Below are positions 1 through 8,019 of a stretch of DNA of 64,000 nucleotides, piece after piece (the stretch's first letter is position 1; each line of letters opens with the position of its first letter). Source of the stretch: Atopobiaceae bacterium (GTDB lineage Bacteria > Actinomycetota > Coriobacteriia > Coriobacteriales > Atopobiaceae). Below the pieces are notes generated by a model that was not told the DNA's origin, did not search any database, and was given only the letters and a program-made list of their open reading frames with translations. Location of the stretch: positions 1,602 to 65,601 of the forward strand of contig CADFJN010000012.1 of NCBI GenBank assembly GCA_902834555.1, in the 5' to 3' direction. The position numbers and the translations under genes are program-made.

Positions 1-346
1 CGTCGAACGTGCGCCGATACCACAGCAGCTCGTCCGGCTTGAGCTGGCGTCCCACGCCAGAGAGCGGGGCCTCCGGCGAGAAGGGCACGCGGATGCGCAG
101 GGGGAACGCCGCGGGAACGGCAGAGGTGCGCTCCGGAGCGGGCCCGCCGGGGTTGGAGGCAAACGCGCACTCCCACCAGCCGTTGAGGCTCCCCCACGCA
201 TCGCGGGCAAACTGCGGGTGTGGGTGGGTGGTCGGCGCGTCTTTGTCGCCAGCGCGCAGTTCTTCTCCCCAAGGTGTCCAGAGGGGCAGCGGGTCTTGCC
301 GCTCGTGCGTGCGAAGCCTGCCCGCAAGCATGCGCCGGATGTCCAT
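1..346 (-). CDS. Glycoside hydrolase family 2-like protein, N-terminal fragment (gene runs off the left edge)
   Basis: Own minus-strand translation from ATG (complement of 344-346): MDIRRMLAGRLRTHERQDPLPLWTPWGEELRAGDKDAPTTHPHPQFARDAWGSLNGWWECAF...FPLRIRVPFSPEAPLSGVGRQLKPDELLWYRRTF. The R..W.SLNG.W.F and I.VPF.PE..LSG pattern resembles the GH2 N-terminal sugar-binding domain. It is absent from the ORF track because there is no stop in the window. Confidence 0.45.
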   Translation of the reverse strand, partial: MDIRRMLAGRLRTHERQDPLPLWTPWGEELRAGDKDAPTTHPHPQFARDAWGSLNGWWECAFASNPGGPAPERTSAVPAAFPLRIRVPFSPEAPLSGVGRQLKPDELLWYRRTFD

Positions 347-471
347 AGCCCCTCCGTCCTGGGTTGGCCACGTGCCGGGTGCCCTATACCTGCGGAGAGT
401 TTAGCAGCAATGCCGCTTACGCCCGTAGCGCCTCCGCGACCGGCGACAGCACGCGCTTCTCGCCGGCGGCC

Positions 472-636
472 GCTACAGATTCGTTGCCCGAATGTGTTGC
501 ATCCTGCGCGCGTCACAGATTCGGGTGCGAATGTGTATCCGCGGCAGGCCAACCCCGCTACAGATTCGGGTACGAACGTGTATCGCGCGCAGGTCGATAC
601 ACAATCGCGTCTCGAATGTGTATCGCGCGGGCGCGC
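472..636. repeat. REP-like hairpin array, copy 1 (4 hairpins built from ACA[CG]ATTCG / CGAA[TC]GTGT arms)
   Basis: ctacagattcgttgcccgaatgtgt, tcacagattcgggtgcgaatgtgtatc, gctacagattcgggtacgaacgtgtatc and gatacacaatcgcgtctcgaatgtgtatc, separated by CTGCGCGCG/CGCGCGCAGG spacers. The same family occurs at 18552-18697 and 23696-23855. Confidence 0.8.
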
Positions 637-638
637 CC

Positions 639-3182
639 TCAACCCCGAGAAGGCACTCCCAGCTCCTCGGCCAGATACCGCCCGGTCACCGAGGCCTCGC
701 ACCTCGCCACGTCCTCCGGCGTGCCGGCGCACACGATGCGCCCGCCAGCCTCGCCGCCGCCCGACCCCATGTCGATCACGTAGTCGGCGTTGGCAATCAT
801 GTCCAGGTCGTGCTCGATCACCACCACGGTGGCGCCATGCTCCACCAACCCCTGCAGCACGCCGAGAAGCACCTCCACATCCAGCGGGTGCAGACCAATC
901 GTGGGCTCGTCAAAGACGAAGAGCGTGCCCTCCTGGCTGCGGCCAATCTCGCTCGAGAGCTTGAGGCGCTGCGCCTCGCCGCCGGATAGCGCCGGCGTGG
1001 CCTCGCCCAGCGTGAGGTAGCCCAGGCCAATGTCCGAGAGCGTCTGCAGCTTGGCTGCCACACGGCGCAGCCGACCAAGCCGCCCCAGCGCCTCGTCCAC
1101 GGTCATCTCCATGAGCTGCGGCAGACTCACGTAGTCGCCCTTCTCGCCACCCGCGCCACGCGTGGTGTGCCGGCGGACCTCCCATGCCGCCTGCGCATAG
1201 CGAGAGCCGTGGCAGTCTGGGCAGTCAATCTCGACGTCGGGAAGAAACTGCACGTCAAGCGATATGGCACCGGTTCCGTCACAGGTGGGACACCGGAGGG
1301 ACCCCGTGTTGTACGAGAAGTCCCCCGCATGCAGGCCGCGAGCCTTGGCGTCGGTGGTCTGCGCAAAGGCGCGCCGCAGGTCATCCATCACGCCGGAGTA
1401 CGTGGCCACCGTCGAGCGAACGTTTGCGCCGATGGGCGTGGAGTCGATGAGACACACGCGCCGGATGCCGGGTGCCTCGCAGGTGCGCACGTGCGCGGGC
1501 AGCGCCTCGCCCTCGATGCCCGCCTTAAGCGCCGGCACCAGGCTCTCGAGCACCATCGTCGTCTTGCCGGAGCCCGAGACGCCGGTCACGGCCACCATCC
1601 GACCCTGCGGCACGTCCACGGAGAGCGGCCGCACGGTGTGGATCTGCCCGGTCTTAAGGTGAATGCGCCCCAGGTCAAACATGGCACCGCTCTCGGCGCG
1701 CTGGCGCGTGCGAATCACACGCTCTCCCGAGAGGAAGGGCGCAATGCGAGAGGCCCCGTCCTTCTCGACCTCACAGACGCTTCCCTGGCAGATGATGGTG
1801 CCGCCGTTCTTGCCCGAGCCCGGCCCCACCTCGATGAGGTGGTCCGCATGGCGCAGCACCCGCACGTCGTGGTCGACCACCACAACGGAGTTGCCGTCAG
1901 CGAGAAGGTCGTCCACAACGCCGAGAAGCCCCTCGACGTTCGAGGGATGCAGGCCGATGGATGGCTCGTCAAGCACGTAGAGCACGCCCGTCGTGCGGTT
2001 GCGCACGGCACGGGCAAGCTGCACGCGCTGGCGCTCGCCGTTGGAGAGCGTGGAGCTGGCGCGGTCGAGCGCCAGGTAGCCCAAGCCCAGCTGGCGCAGG
2101 CGCGCGATGGGCTCGGCCATGGATGCCACGATCTGCTCGGCCATGGGCGCGACCTCGGCCGGCAGCGTAGCGGCCACGCCAGGCAGCCATGCCGCAAGCT
2201 CGTCCAGCGTCATCGCCGTAGCCTCGGCCAGGTTGATGCCACGTACCTGCGGGTCTCTCGCCGCGGCCGAGAGGCGCGTGCCATGGCAGTCCGGGCACGG
2301 CCCCTCGCGTAGGAACTTGGCAACGCGCTTCATGCCCTTCTCGTCCTTCACGCGGGCGAGCGCGTTCTCCACGGAGTAGACAGCACTGTAGTAGGTGAAG
2401 TCCATCTCGCTTGCGGTATTGGTCTTCTCGTTGTGGTAGAGAAGGTGGTGCTTCTCGGCGGGGCCATGCAGGACAAACTCGCGCTCCTTGGGCGTGAGGT
2501 CGCAGAAGGGGACGTCCGTGCGAACCCCCGAGTCCCGAGCGATGTCCGCCATGAGGCTCCACATGAGGCTTCCCCAGGGCTTCACCGCCCCCTGGTCAAT
2601 GCTCAGGCTCTCGTCTGGCACGAGCGTGGACTCGTCGACCACCCGAGACACGCCCGTCCCGCCGCAGGTAGGGCAGGCACCCGTCGAGTTGAAGGCCAGC
2701 TCCTCGGCCCCGCGGCCATAGAACTTCTCGCCGCACACGGGGCACACGATGGGCTGCTCGAGCGCCACGCTCATGGTGGGCGGGCAGCGGTGGCCGTTTG
2801 GGCAGGTATACGAGCCAACGCGCGAGAAGAGCAGCCGCAGGCCGTTCAAGAGCTCGGTCGAGGTGCCAAAGGTCGAGCGCACGCCGGGCACACCCGGGCG
2901 CTGCCGAAGCGCAAGGGCGGCAGGCACGTGTTCGACCAAATCGACGTCGGCGCGGGTGGACTGCGTGAGGCGACGACGGGTGTAGGTCGAGAGCGCCTCG
3001 AGGTAGCGGCGGCTGCCCTCGGCGTAGAGCACGCCCAGGGCCAGGCTCGACTTGCCGGAGCCTGAGACCCCGGCGATGCCCACAAGCTCGCCAAGTGGCA
3101 CGGATACGTCGACGTTCTTGAGGTTGTGCACGCGTGCGCCACGCACCTCGATGGCACGCGGTGCGGAGTTGTGGCGAGACAT
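639..3182 (-). CDS. UvrA-family ABC ATPase paralog that appears to lack the UvrB-binding domain (class II UvrA-like)
   Basis: ORF 639..3383; the likely start is the internal ATG at 3182 (MSRHNSAPRAIEVRGARVHNLKNV...). Two ABC modules are present (GVSGSGKSSL, GVSGSGKTT, LSGGEAQR). Zn-finger-like CPxC...CPTCGG motifs are present. About 847 aa, shorter than canonical UvrA. Confidence 0.85.
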   Translation of the reverse strand: MSRHNSAPRAIEVRGARVHNLKNVDVSVPLGELVGIAGVSGSGKSSLALGVLYAEGSRRYLEALSTYTRRRLTQSTRADVDLVEHVPAALALRQRPGVPGVRSTFGTSTELLNGLRLLFSRVGSYTCPNGHRCPPTMSVALEQPIVCPVCGEKFYGRGAEELAFNSTGACPTCGGTGVSRVVDESTLVPDESLSIDQGAVKPWGSLMWSLMADIARDSGVRTDVPFCDLTPKEREFVLHGPAEKHHLLYHNEKTNTASEMDFTYYSAVYSVENALARVKDEKGMKRVAKFLREGPCPDCHGTRLSAAARDPQVRGINLAEATAMTLDELAAWLPGVAATLPAEVAPMAEQIVASMAEPIARLRQLGLGYLALDRASSTLSNGERQRVQLARAVRNRTTGVLYVLDEPSIGLHPSNVEGLLGVVDDLLADGNSVVVVDHDVRVLRHADHLIEVGPGSGKNGGTIICQGSVCEVEKDGASRIAPFLSGERVIRTRQRAESGAMFDLGRIHLKTGQIHTVRPLSVDVPQGRMVAVTGVSGSGKTTMVLESLVPALKAGIEGEALPAHVRTCEAPGIRRVCLIDSTPIGANVRSTVATYSGVMDDLRRAFAQTTDAKARGLHAGDFSYNTGSLRCPTCDGTGAISLDVQFLPDVEIDCPDCHGSRYAQAAWEVRRHTTRGAGGEKGDYVSLPQLMEMTVDEALGRLGRLRRVAAKLQTLSDIGLGYLTLGEATPALSGGEAQRLKLSSEIGRSQEGTLFVFDEPTIGLHPLDVEVLLGVLQGLVEHGATVVVIEHDLDMIANADYVIDMGSGGGEAGGRIVCAGTPEDVARCEASVTGRYLAEELGVPSRG

Positions 3183-3379
3183 GTTTGGACCCCTTTCTTG
3201 CTGCTGCATCGTATGGTACTGCAGGGCCACGTACAACACTGCCGGCCGTGTCCTCTCGAACACATTGCGTATAGTGTCCATTGTTATCCCATGCGGAATG
3301 AATTTGAGCGCGCATGGCCAAAACCAAACAGCCCACGGCACCTTCCCGAGCAGATCCCGCGCGCGGACCAGTCCGCCGT

Positions 3380-3703
3380 GCATGCAAGGTGGCTCTGGGC
3401 TACTTTGTCTCGGGCATCATGGGAGGCGTCACGGAGCCGGCGCTCTACGGCCTGGGTCTGCGCTACCGCCGTCCGCTCATAGGCCTTGCTGTGGGCGGGT
3501 TTGTCGGCGGGGTCTGGGCGGGCGCAACGCACGTGACGGCCTACATCATGGGCTCGTCGAGCTTCCTCTCAATTCTGGGCTACGTGGGCGGCGGCGTGCT
3601 CAACACCGTGAACGCAGGGATATCCGACCTGCTCGCGATGGGTATTGCGTCAGCAGTGACCTATGCCACGTTGCGCGACGGCACTGCCCAGAGCCACAGG
3701 TAG
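3380..3703 (+). pseudogene. Relic of the C-terminal ~100 aa of a PTS EIIC (glucose/beta-glucoside family) permease
   Basis: ORF 3314..3703 contains GGVTEPALYGLGLRYRRPLIGLAVGGFVGGVWAG...SFLSILGYVGGG, the conserved GVTEPA.YG.NL..KRP region near the end of EIIC. There is no room for the missing ~350 N-terminal aa, because the uvrA-like start is at 3182. Confidence 0.55.
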
Positions 3704-3739
3704 CGACCTCCGCAACCGACGGCCCCCTTCTCGCCCGTC

Positions 3740-3815
3740 AAACTACGCACGGTCGCGATTCAGCTTTGTGTGGTGCTGGGCTTTTGTCGGCGCCTCGTCC
3801 AACCGTGCGTAGTTT
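3740..3815. repeat. 76-nt element bounded by a 12-13 bp inverted repeat (AAACTACGCACGG...CCGTGCGTAGTTT), copy 1
   Basis: aaactacgcacggtcgcgattcagctttgtgtggtgctgg...ccgtgcgtagttt. A second copy lies at 62080-62154 with a nearly identical 5' half and identical termini. Confidence 0.75.
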
Positions 3816-3859
3816 GCGCGCCGAGGAGGCTCTCGAAATGCAGGTAGATACAGACGGTT

Positions 3860-3909
3860 GCCACTTTTCGAGGGTATACGGAAGCTACAAGTCGCCACTT
3901 TTCGAGGGT
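3860..3909. repeat. Direct repeat of GCCACTTTTCGAGGGT (2 copies, 34-bp period)
   Basis: gccacttttcgagggt occurs at about 3860 and 3894. A related TTTTCGAGGGCTTC motif lies inside the hairpin element at 27807-27882. Confidence 0.6.
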
Positions 3910-4048
3910 TCAGCAGTACCCCCTCAGTGCCAGGCAGCTGCAGGCCCCCTTCTCGGCGAGAACACCACGCATGCGAACCCCACGAAAAAAGCGGCGCCAA
4001 GGCCCCAATCGACCCCGGCGCCGCCGTGTTGCACTTACCCAGCGTACC

Positions 4049-5425
4049 CTACGAGAAGAATCGCCTCACCAGGTCGCGGGAGTACTCGGCCGTCTCCTCC
4101 ATGTCGCCAAAGGCCATGACCTCACCGGCATAGAAGGTATTGTTCTCGCCCTGCATGGCCTCGACCTTGTCGTACCAGCCGTCCGCATAGTCCTTCGAGC
4201 TCACGTGCGGGAAGTAGTACCAGTCGTCGATGCGCTCGGTCTTGGTCACCGGCAGGCCGGACTTTGCCATGTCGGCAAGCGTGGTGTCGCGTGCCTCGTC
4301 AAACGGCACGTCCTCCATGCCCTCGTGGTTGCGCAGCGTGAAGGTGACCAGCGGCTGCGGGCCGGCGTCCGGCCAGCGGTGGTAGAAGACCATGAGGTGG
4401 CCGCGGGTCTCGGGCGTCATGTTGTCGAAGTAGTAGTACGAGATCTCCGGCGCCTTGTCCTCGTCCGTGCGCACGGCCATCGTGAAGTACTCCTTGTGGA
4501 TGATCTTGGAGAAGAGCTCGTTCTCGGCCTGGTTGGCGTCGCCGTACTCCAGGAAGAGCTCCAGTGGCGTGCAGATGACCAGCTTGTCGAAGGCCTGCTC
4601 CTCGCCACCATTCACGGTGACATAGACCTTCTCGGGCGTGCGGCGAATGGACGTGATGGTGCTGTTGAGCTCGGCCGGGTGCTTGAGGTGGTCGTTCACA
4701 CCCTGCCAGATGGACTGGGTGCCGTTCTTCCAGGTCCAGAGCTTGCCGGTGGAGAGGAACTGCCTCACGGTGAAGGCGTCCAGGTACTTGAGGACGTAGG
4801 CCGCGGGAATCTCGTCAAAGTAGCCGTAGCCAAACGAGGTGAAGGGGCCCTTCCAGACCAGCTCGGCGTCCTCGCAGCCGTTCTTCTTGAGGAACTCCGA
4901 GAAGGGCATCGAGAGGTCCTTGAGGTTGGGGTTCTCGCCCTCGATGTGCGCAAGCTTGAGCTCCGGCGAGGGGCACGGGCCCTCGTAGCGACCCTGCGCC
5001 ACGCCACGGTGGCCGTTGACGTCGTAGCCCTTGTACTTCTTGTCGAGCAAGCGCGACAGCTTGTTCATCTTCATGACCTTCTTGAGAAGGTCAATCTTTT
5101 TGGACTTGAGCGGCGTGCCGTCAGTGTTCATGAACTTGCGGCCCATCTTGGGACCGTCCTCATGCGTGGTGCCGCCGAACTCCTCGCACTCGTGGACAGC
5201 AAAGTAGGTGTCGCACCCCATGACCGCGCCCATCTCGATGGTGCGGTCCTCCCACTCGCCGTTGGCGTTCTTGACCTTCATGAGCGGCGAGAAGGCCTTG
5301 CCGCCCACGTGGTCTGCGCGCTCAAAGATGCGGTAGTTGTCGTAGCCGCTCTTCTCAAGGTACATGGCCAGCGAAAGCCCCGCGGGGCCACCGCCAACAA
5401 TGCAGATGCTGGAGTTCTTGTCCAC
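4049..5425 (-). CDS. FAD-dependent oxidoreductase of the polyunsaturated fatty acid (linoleate) isomerase PAI-like family
   Basis: ORF 4049..5461 has no ATG near its 5' end. GTG at 5425 is preceded by AAAGGTGG and gives MDKNSSICIVGGGPAGLS (GxGxxG). Long stretches (FTSFGYGYFDEIPAAYVLKYLD, WYYFPHVSSKDYADGWYDKVEAMQGENNTFYAGEVMAFG, YSRDLVRRFF) match my memory of the Cutibacterium acnes linoleate isomerase. Confidence 0.65.
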   Translation of the reverse strand: MDKNSSICIVGGGPAGLSLAMYLEKSGYDNYRIFERADHVGGKAFSPLMKVKNANGEWEDRTIEMGAVMGCDTYFAVHECEEFGGTTHEDGPKMGRKFMNTDGTPLKSKKIDLLKKVMKMNKLSRLLDKKYKGYDVNGHRGVAQGRYEGPCPSPELKLAHIEGENPNLKDLSMPFSEFLKKNGCEDAELVWKGPFTSFGYGYFDEIPAAYVLKYLDAFTVRQFLSTGKLWTWKNGTQSIWQGVNDHLKHPAELNSTITSIRRTPEKVYVTVNGGEEQAFDKLVICTPLELFLEYGDANQAENELFSKIIHKEYFTMAVRTDEDKAPEISYYYFDNMTPETRGHLMVFYHRWPDAGPQPLVTFTLRNHEGMEDVPFDEARDTTLADMAKSGLPVTKTERIDDWYYFPHVSSKDYADGWYDKVEAMQGENNTFYAGEVMAFGDMEETAEYSRDLVRRFFS

Positions 5426-5656
5426 CGTGCCCACCTTTCGAAGTAAATTGCTCGAAAGCAAATAAATTCACGTAATTTCGATGTTACACCGACGGACTCG
5501 AGGCACGGCCGACTATTGGGCGATCGGGGCAAGGAATTTCAGATGCCTGAATGCGATGCAGACGGGCGACCACAACACGTGGCCGCCCGCCAGAAACCGC
5601 CATCTTCTAGCCCACTTGTGCCGTTCCGGCAGAGGTCGTCTTTGCTCTCCGAACAC

Positions 5657-6562
5657 CTACATCTTTGCGAGCAGGGCCTCGACCTCGGGACGTGTAGCCA
5701 GGTTGTCCGAGAATGCGCTGGCAGATCCCGTGCAGACGCCCATCTTGAATGCCGTCTCGTAGTCTCCGTTGCTCTCGATCCAACCCGTGAGGAAACCGGC
5801 AACCATCGAGTCACCCGCGCCCACGGTGTTGACCATAGTCCCCTTGGGCGCCTCGCTCATGATAACGTCACCCTTCTCGGGGACCAGAACGGCACCCTCA
5901 CCACCCATGGAGACCAGCACGTTCCTGGCACCGCGCTCCTGCAACATGCGCGCGTAGGGCTCGACCTCGTCACGATGCGTGATGGTTGCGCCAACGATGT
6001 CACCCAGCTCGTGATTGTTGGGCTTTACCAGGAAGGGATGGAACGGCAGGACATTCACCAAGAGGTCTCGCTCAGCGTCCACCACAATGTCGACTCCGCG
6101 CCCGTCGAGGCGGCTCATAATGCGCTCATAGATGTCGGAGGGCAGCATCGAGGGCACATTCCCAGCAATAACGAGCAGGTCACCGGCCTTGAGGGCATCC
6201 AGCTTGGCATAGAGCGCGTCGATGTCCTGTGGCGTGATCTTGGGGCCAAGGCCGTTAATCGCCGTCTCCTCTTTGGCCTTGGCCTTCACGTTGATGCGGC
6301 TCATACCCTCCTTGACCTGGATGAAGTCGCAGGTGGCACCGTAGGCGCTCATGCGCGCCTCAATCTCCCTGCCCGTAAAGCCGGCAACAAAGCCAAGCGC
6401 CGTGGACGGGTGCCCAAGGTTTGAGAGCACAATGGAAACGTTGATTCCCTTGCCGCCGGGCAGGACCTGCTCGTAGTTCACGCGGTTAATCTCGCCCAGT
6501 CGAAGGTCGTCGAGACGAACGATGTAGTCGAGCGACGGGTTGAACGTTACGGTGTAGATCAT
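5657..6562 (-). CDS. fruK: 1-phosphofructokinase (PfkB family)
   Basis: MIYTVTFNPSLDYIV...PGGKGINVS...GAGDSMVAGF. Its start overlaps the stop of the upstream DeoR gene (ATGA). Confidence 0.85.
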   Translation of the reverse strand: MIYTVTFNPSLDYIVRLDDLRLGEINRVNYEQVLPGGKGINVSIVLSNLGHPSTALGFVAGFTGREIEARMSAYGATCDFIQVKEGMSRINVKAKAKEETAINGLGPKITPQDIDALYAKLDALKAGDLLVIAGNVPSMLPSDIYERIMSRLDGRGVDIVVDAERDLLVNVLPFHPFLVKPNNHELGDIVGATITHRDEVEPYARMLQERGARNVLVSMGGEGAVLVPEKGDVIMSEAPKGTMVNTVGAGDSMVAGFLTGWIESNGDYETAFKMGVCTGSASAFSDNLATRPEVEALLAKM

Positions 6563-7323
6563 GAGCTGCTCCCCACTTCCACGACGTTGTCCGCATCCTG
6601 AAAGCTCCCGTCTTGCGGGAGCCGGTCGGTGAGTATGGTCGCGTCCTCGAAGGACGCAAAGGTGACGAGAGAGACCTGGTCGAACTTGCTCTGATCGGCC
6701 AGCACATAGCGCCGCAGCGTGTGCACCATGCTGACCTCCTTGATCTTGGCCTCACTGTACTCTGGGGTTGTGAAGCCGGCCTCGCGCGAGATGCCGTTGG
6801 TGCCCCAAAAGCCCAATGTAAAGTGGAGGCTCTCGAGCGAAGCGATGGCCGCCTCCCCCACCAGCGCCTCCGTAAGGGGCTTCACCAACCCACCAGGAAG
6901 GTAAGTCTTGCATCCCTTGGCGAGAAGAAGCTGGGCATGGGGGATTGAGTTGGTGAAGTATGTTGCCTCCGTCTGGGTGATGGCCTCCGCAAGCTGCATG
7001 GTAGAGGTGCCCGCATCGATGTAGACAAAGTCATCCGGGCCAACGAGCGAGGCCGCTCGAACACCAATAGCGCGCTTGGCAACGGTGTTGAGGTCGCGCT
7101 TCTGGGCCACGGAGGCGTCGTGGAGAACGAGACGCGCACGGGAGACCGTCGCCGTAGCTCCCCCGCGCACGCGGACAAGCTGGTGCTGCTCGTCGAGAAT
7201 CTCGAGGTCACGGCGGATAGTTGACTCGGAGGCGCCGAGCATGGACATGAGCTCTGGCGTGGTGACAGATCCGCGCTCGTGCACGAGCCGAACGATGATG
7301 TCCTGTCGCTCACGCGCAAGCAT
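6559..7323 (-). CDS. fruR: DeoR-family transcriptional repressor (FruR-type)
   Basis: MLARERQDIIVRLVHERGSVTTPELMSMLGASESTIRRDLEILDE (DeoR HTH) plus a C-terminal sugar-phosphate sensor domain. Either ATG at 7323 or GTG at 7332 could be the start. Confidence 0.8.
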   Translation of the reverse strand: MLARERQDIIVRLVHERGSVTTPELMSMLGASESTIRRDLEILDEQHQLVRVRGGATATVSRARLVLHDASVAQKRDLNTVAKRAIGVRAASLVGPDDFVYIDAGTSTMQLAEAITQTEATYFTNSIPHAQLLLAKGCKTYLPGGLVKPLTEALVGEAAIASLESLHFTLGFWGTNGISREAGFTTPEYSEAKIKEVSMVHTLRRYVLADQSKFDQVSLVTFASFEDATILTDRLPQDGSFQDADNVVEVGSSS

Positions 7324-7565
7324 GCGTGCCACCCCCAGGGCTCGCCAAACAAGAAATACTGCCAGAGCAGACAGACTGCTCTTTCAGCATGGTAATGCAG
7401 TACAGGCGCGAGACCCGCACGCTCCCCCAAAGAATCGCCGTACGGGCCTCGCGCTTAGGTTGATTGTCTCGCAATTTCATTCAATTTCAATCAACTTCAG
7501 TCAAATTCGGTCAAATTGTCACGCGAAAACACAGAGACGGTACCGCGCGGATAGCAAAGCCACGT

Positions 7566-7910
7566 TCAACCACGAAATATGCCCAATAAGGTCACAAATC
7601 CGGGAAGGAGCACCATGGCCGCCGCAGCGCTGCCGTCAAGCTGGCCGGACATCCCGTAGAAGAGCAGCGAGAACGCAAAGATTGCAACCACAGCGACAAG
7701 TCCGTTCCAGGTGCCAGGCCGAGGGTGCGCATCGGTGCCAAAGAAGGTACGCAGCACACAGATAGGAAGGCCAACCATCACGCCGATCCCCGCTGCGCAC
7801 GCGATGCCGCGAGCGAAGGTGTCCAGCTGCTCTGCAATCTGAAAAGCAATCGCAATGGCAACGAACACCCCAAAGGCCAGTCCTGCCAGCTTGAGCAACT
7901 TGTCCTCCAT
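7566..7910 (-). CDS. Small hypothetical membrane protein (3-4 TM)
   Basis: Internal ATG at 7910 (MEDKLLKLAGLAFGVFVAIAIAF...) is preceded by a GAGGGGGGG RBS. The protein is hydrophobic and the frame shows GC3 bias. Confidence 0.5.
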   Translation of the reverse strand: MEDKLLKLAGLAFGVFVAIAIAFQIAEQLDTFARGIACAAGIGVMVGLPICVLRTFFGTDAHPRPGTWNGLVAVVAIFAFSLLFYGMSGQLDGSAAAAMVLLPGFVTLLGIFRG

Positions 7911-8019
7911 AGCGCCCCCCCTCACAGACACTCTATCCCAAGAGAGGTTGTGTCCCGCCGTCTCTCGGCAAAGTCCTGCTAGCATCGTGCGTAACCGCGC
8001 AACGTAGAGGGAGGGCAGC

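Noticed and set aside
472-636. Hairpin arrays (also 18552-18697 and 23696-23855) considered as CRISPR arrays
   Set aside because: The units are palindromic hairpins with 10-17-bp spacers that are themselves conserved (ACCTGCGCGC). There are only about 4 units, no unique spacers of 25-40 bp, and no cas genes in the window.
1167-2312. 381-aa plus-strand ORF (and several others between 818 and 3387) overlapping the uvrA-like gene
   Set aside because: These are antisense or off-frame shadow ORFs typical of GC-rich DNA. Their composition is Arg/Ala/Gly/His-rich with no motifs, whereas the minus-strand frame carries unambiguous ABC ATPase motifs.
3052-4119. 355-aa plus-strand ORF spanning the uvrA-like start, the PTS relic and the repeat region
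   Set aside because: It crosses several unrelated features in a different frame from the EIIC-like sequence, and its translation is Arg/Pro/Ser/Gly-rich nonsense.
3971-5446. 491-aa plus-strand ORF opposite the PAI-like gene
   Set aside because: Shadow ORF. It is a low-complexity V/L/G/A/R-rich translation, and the opposite frame has a GxGxxG motif and long family-specific motifs.
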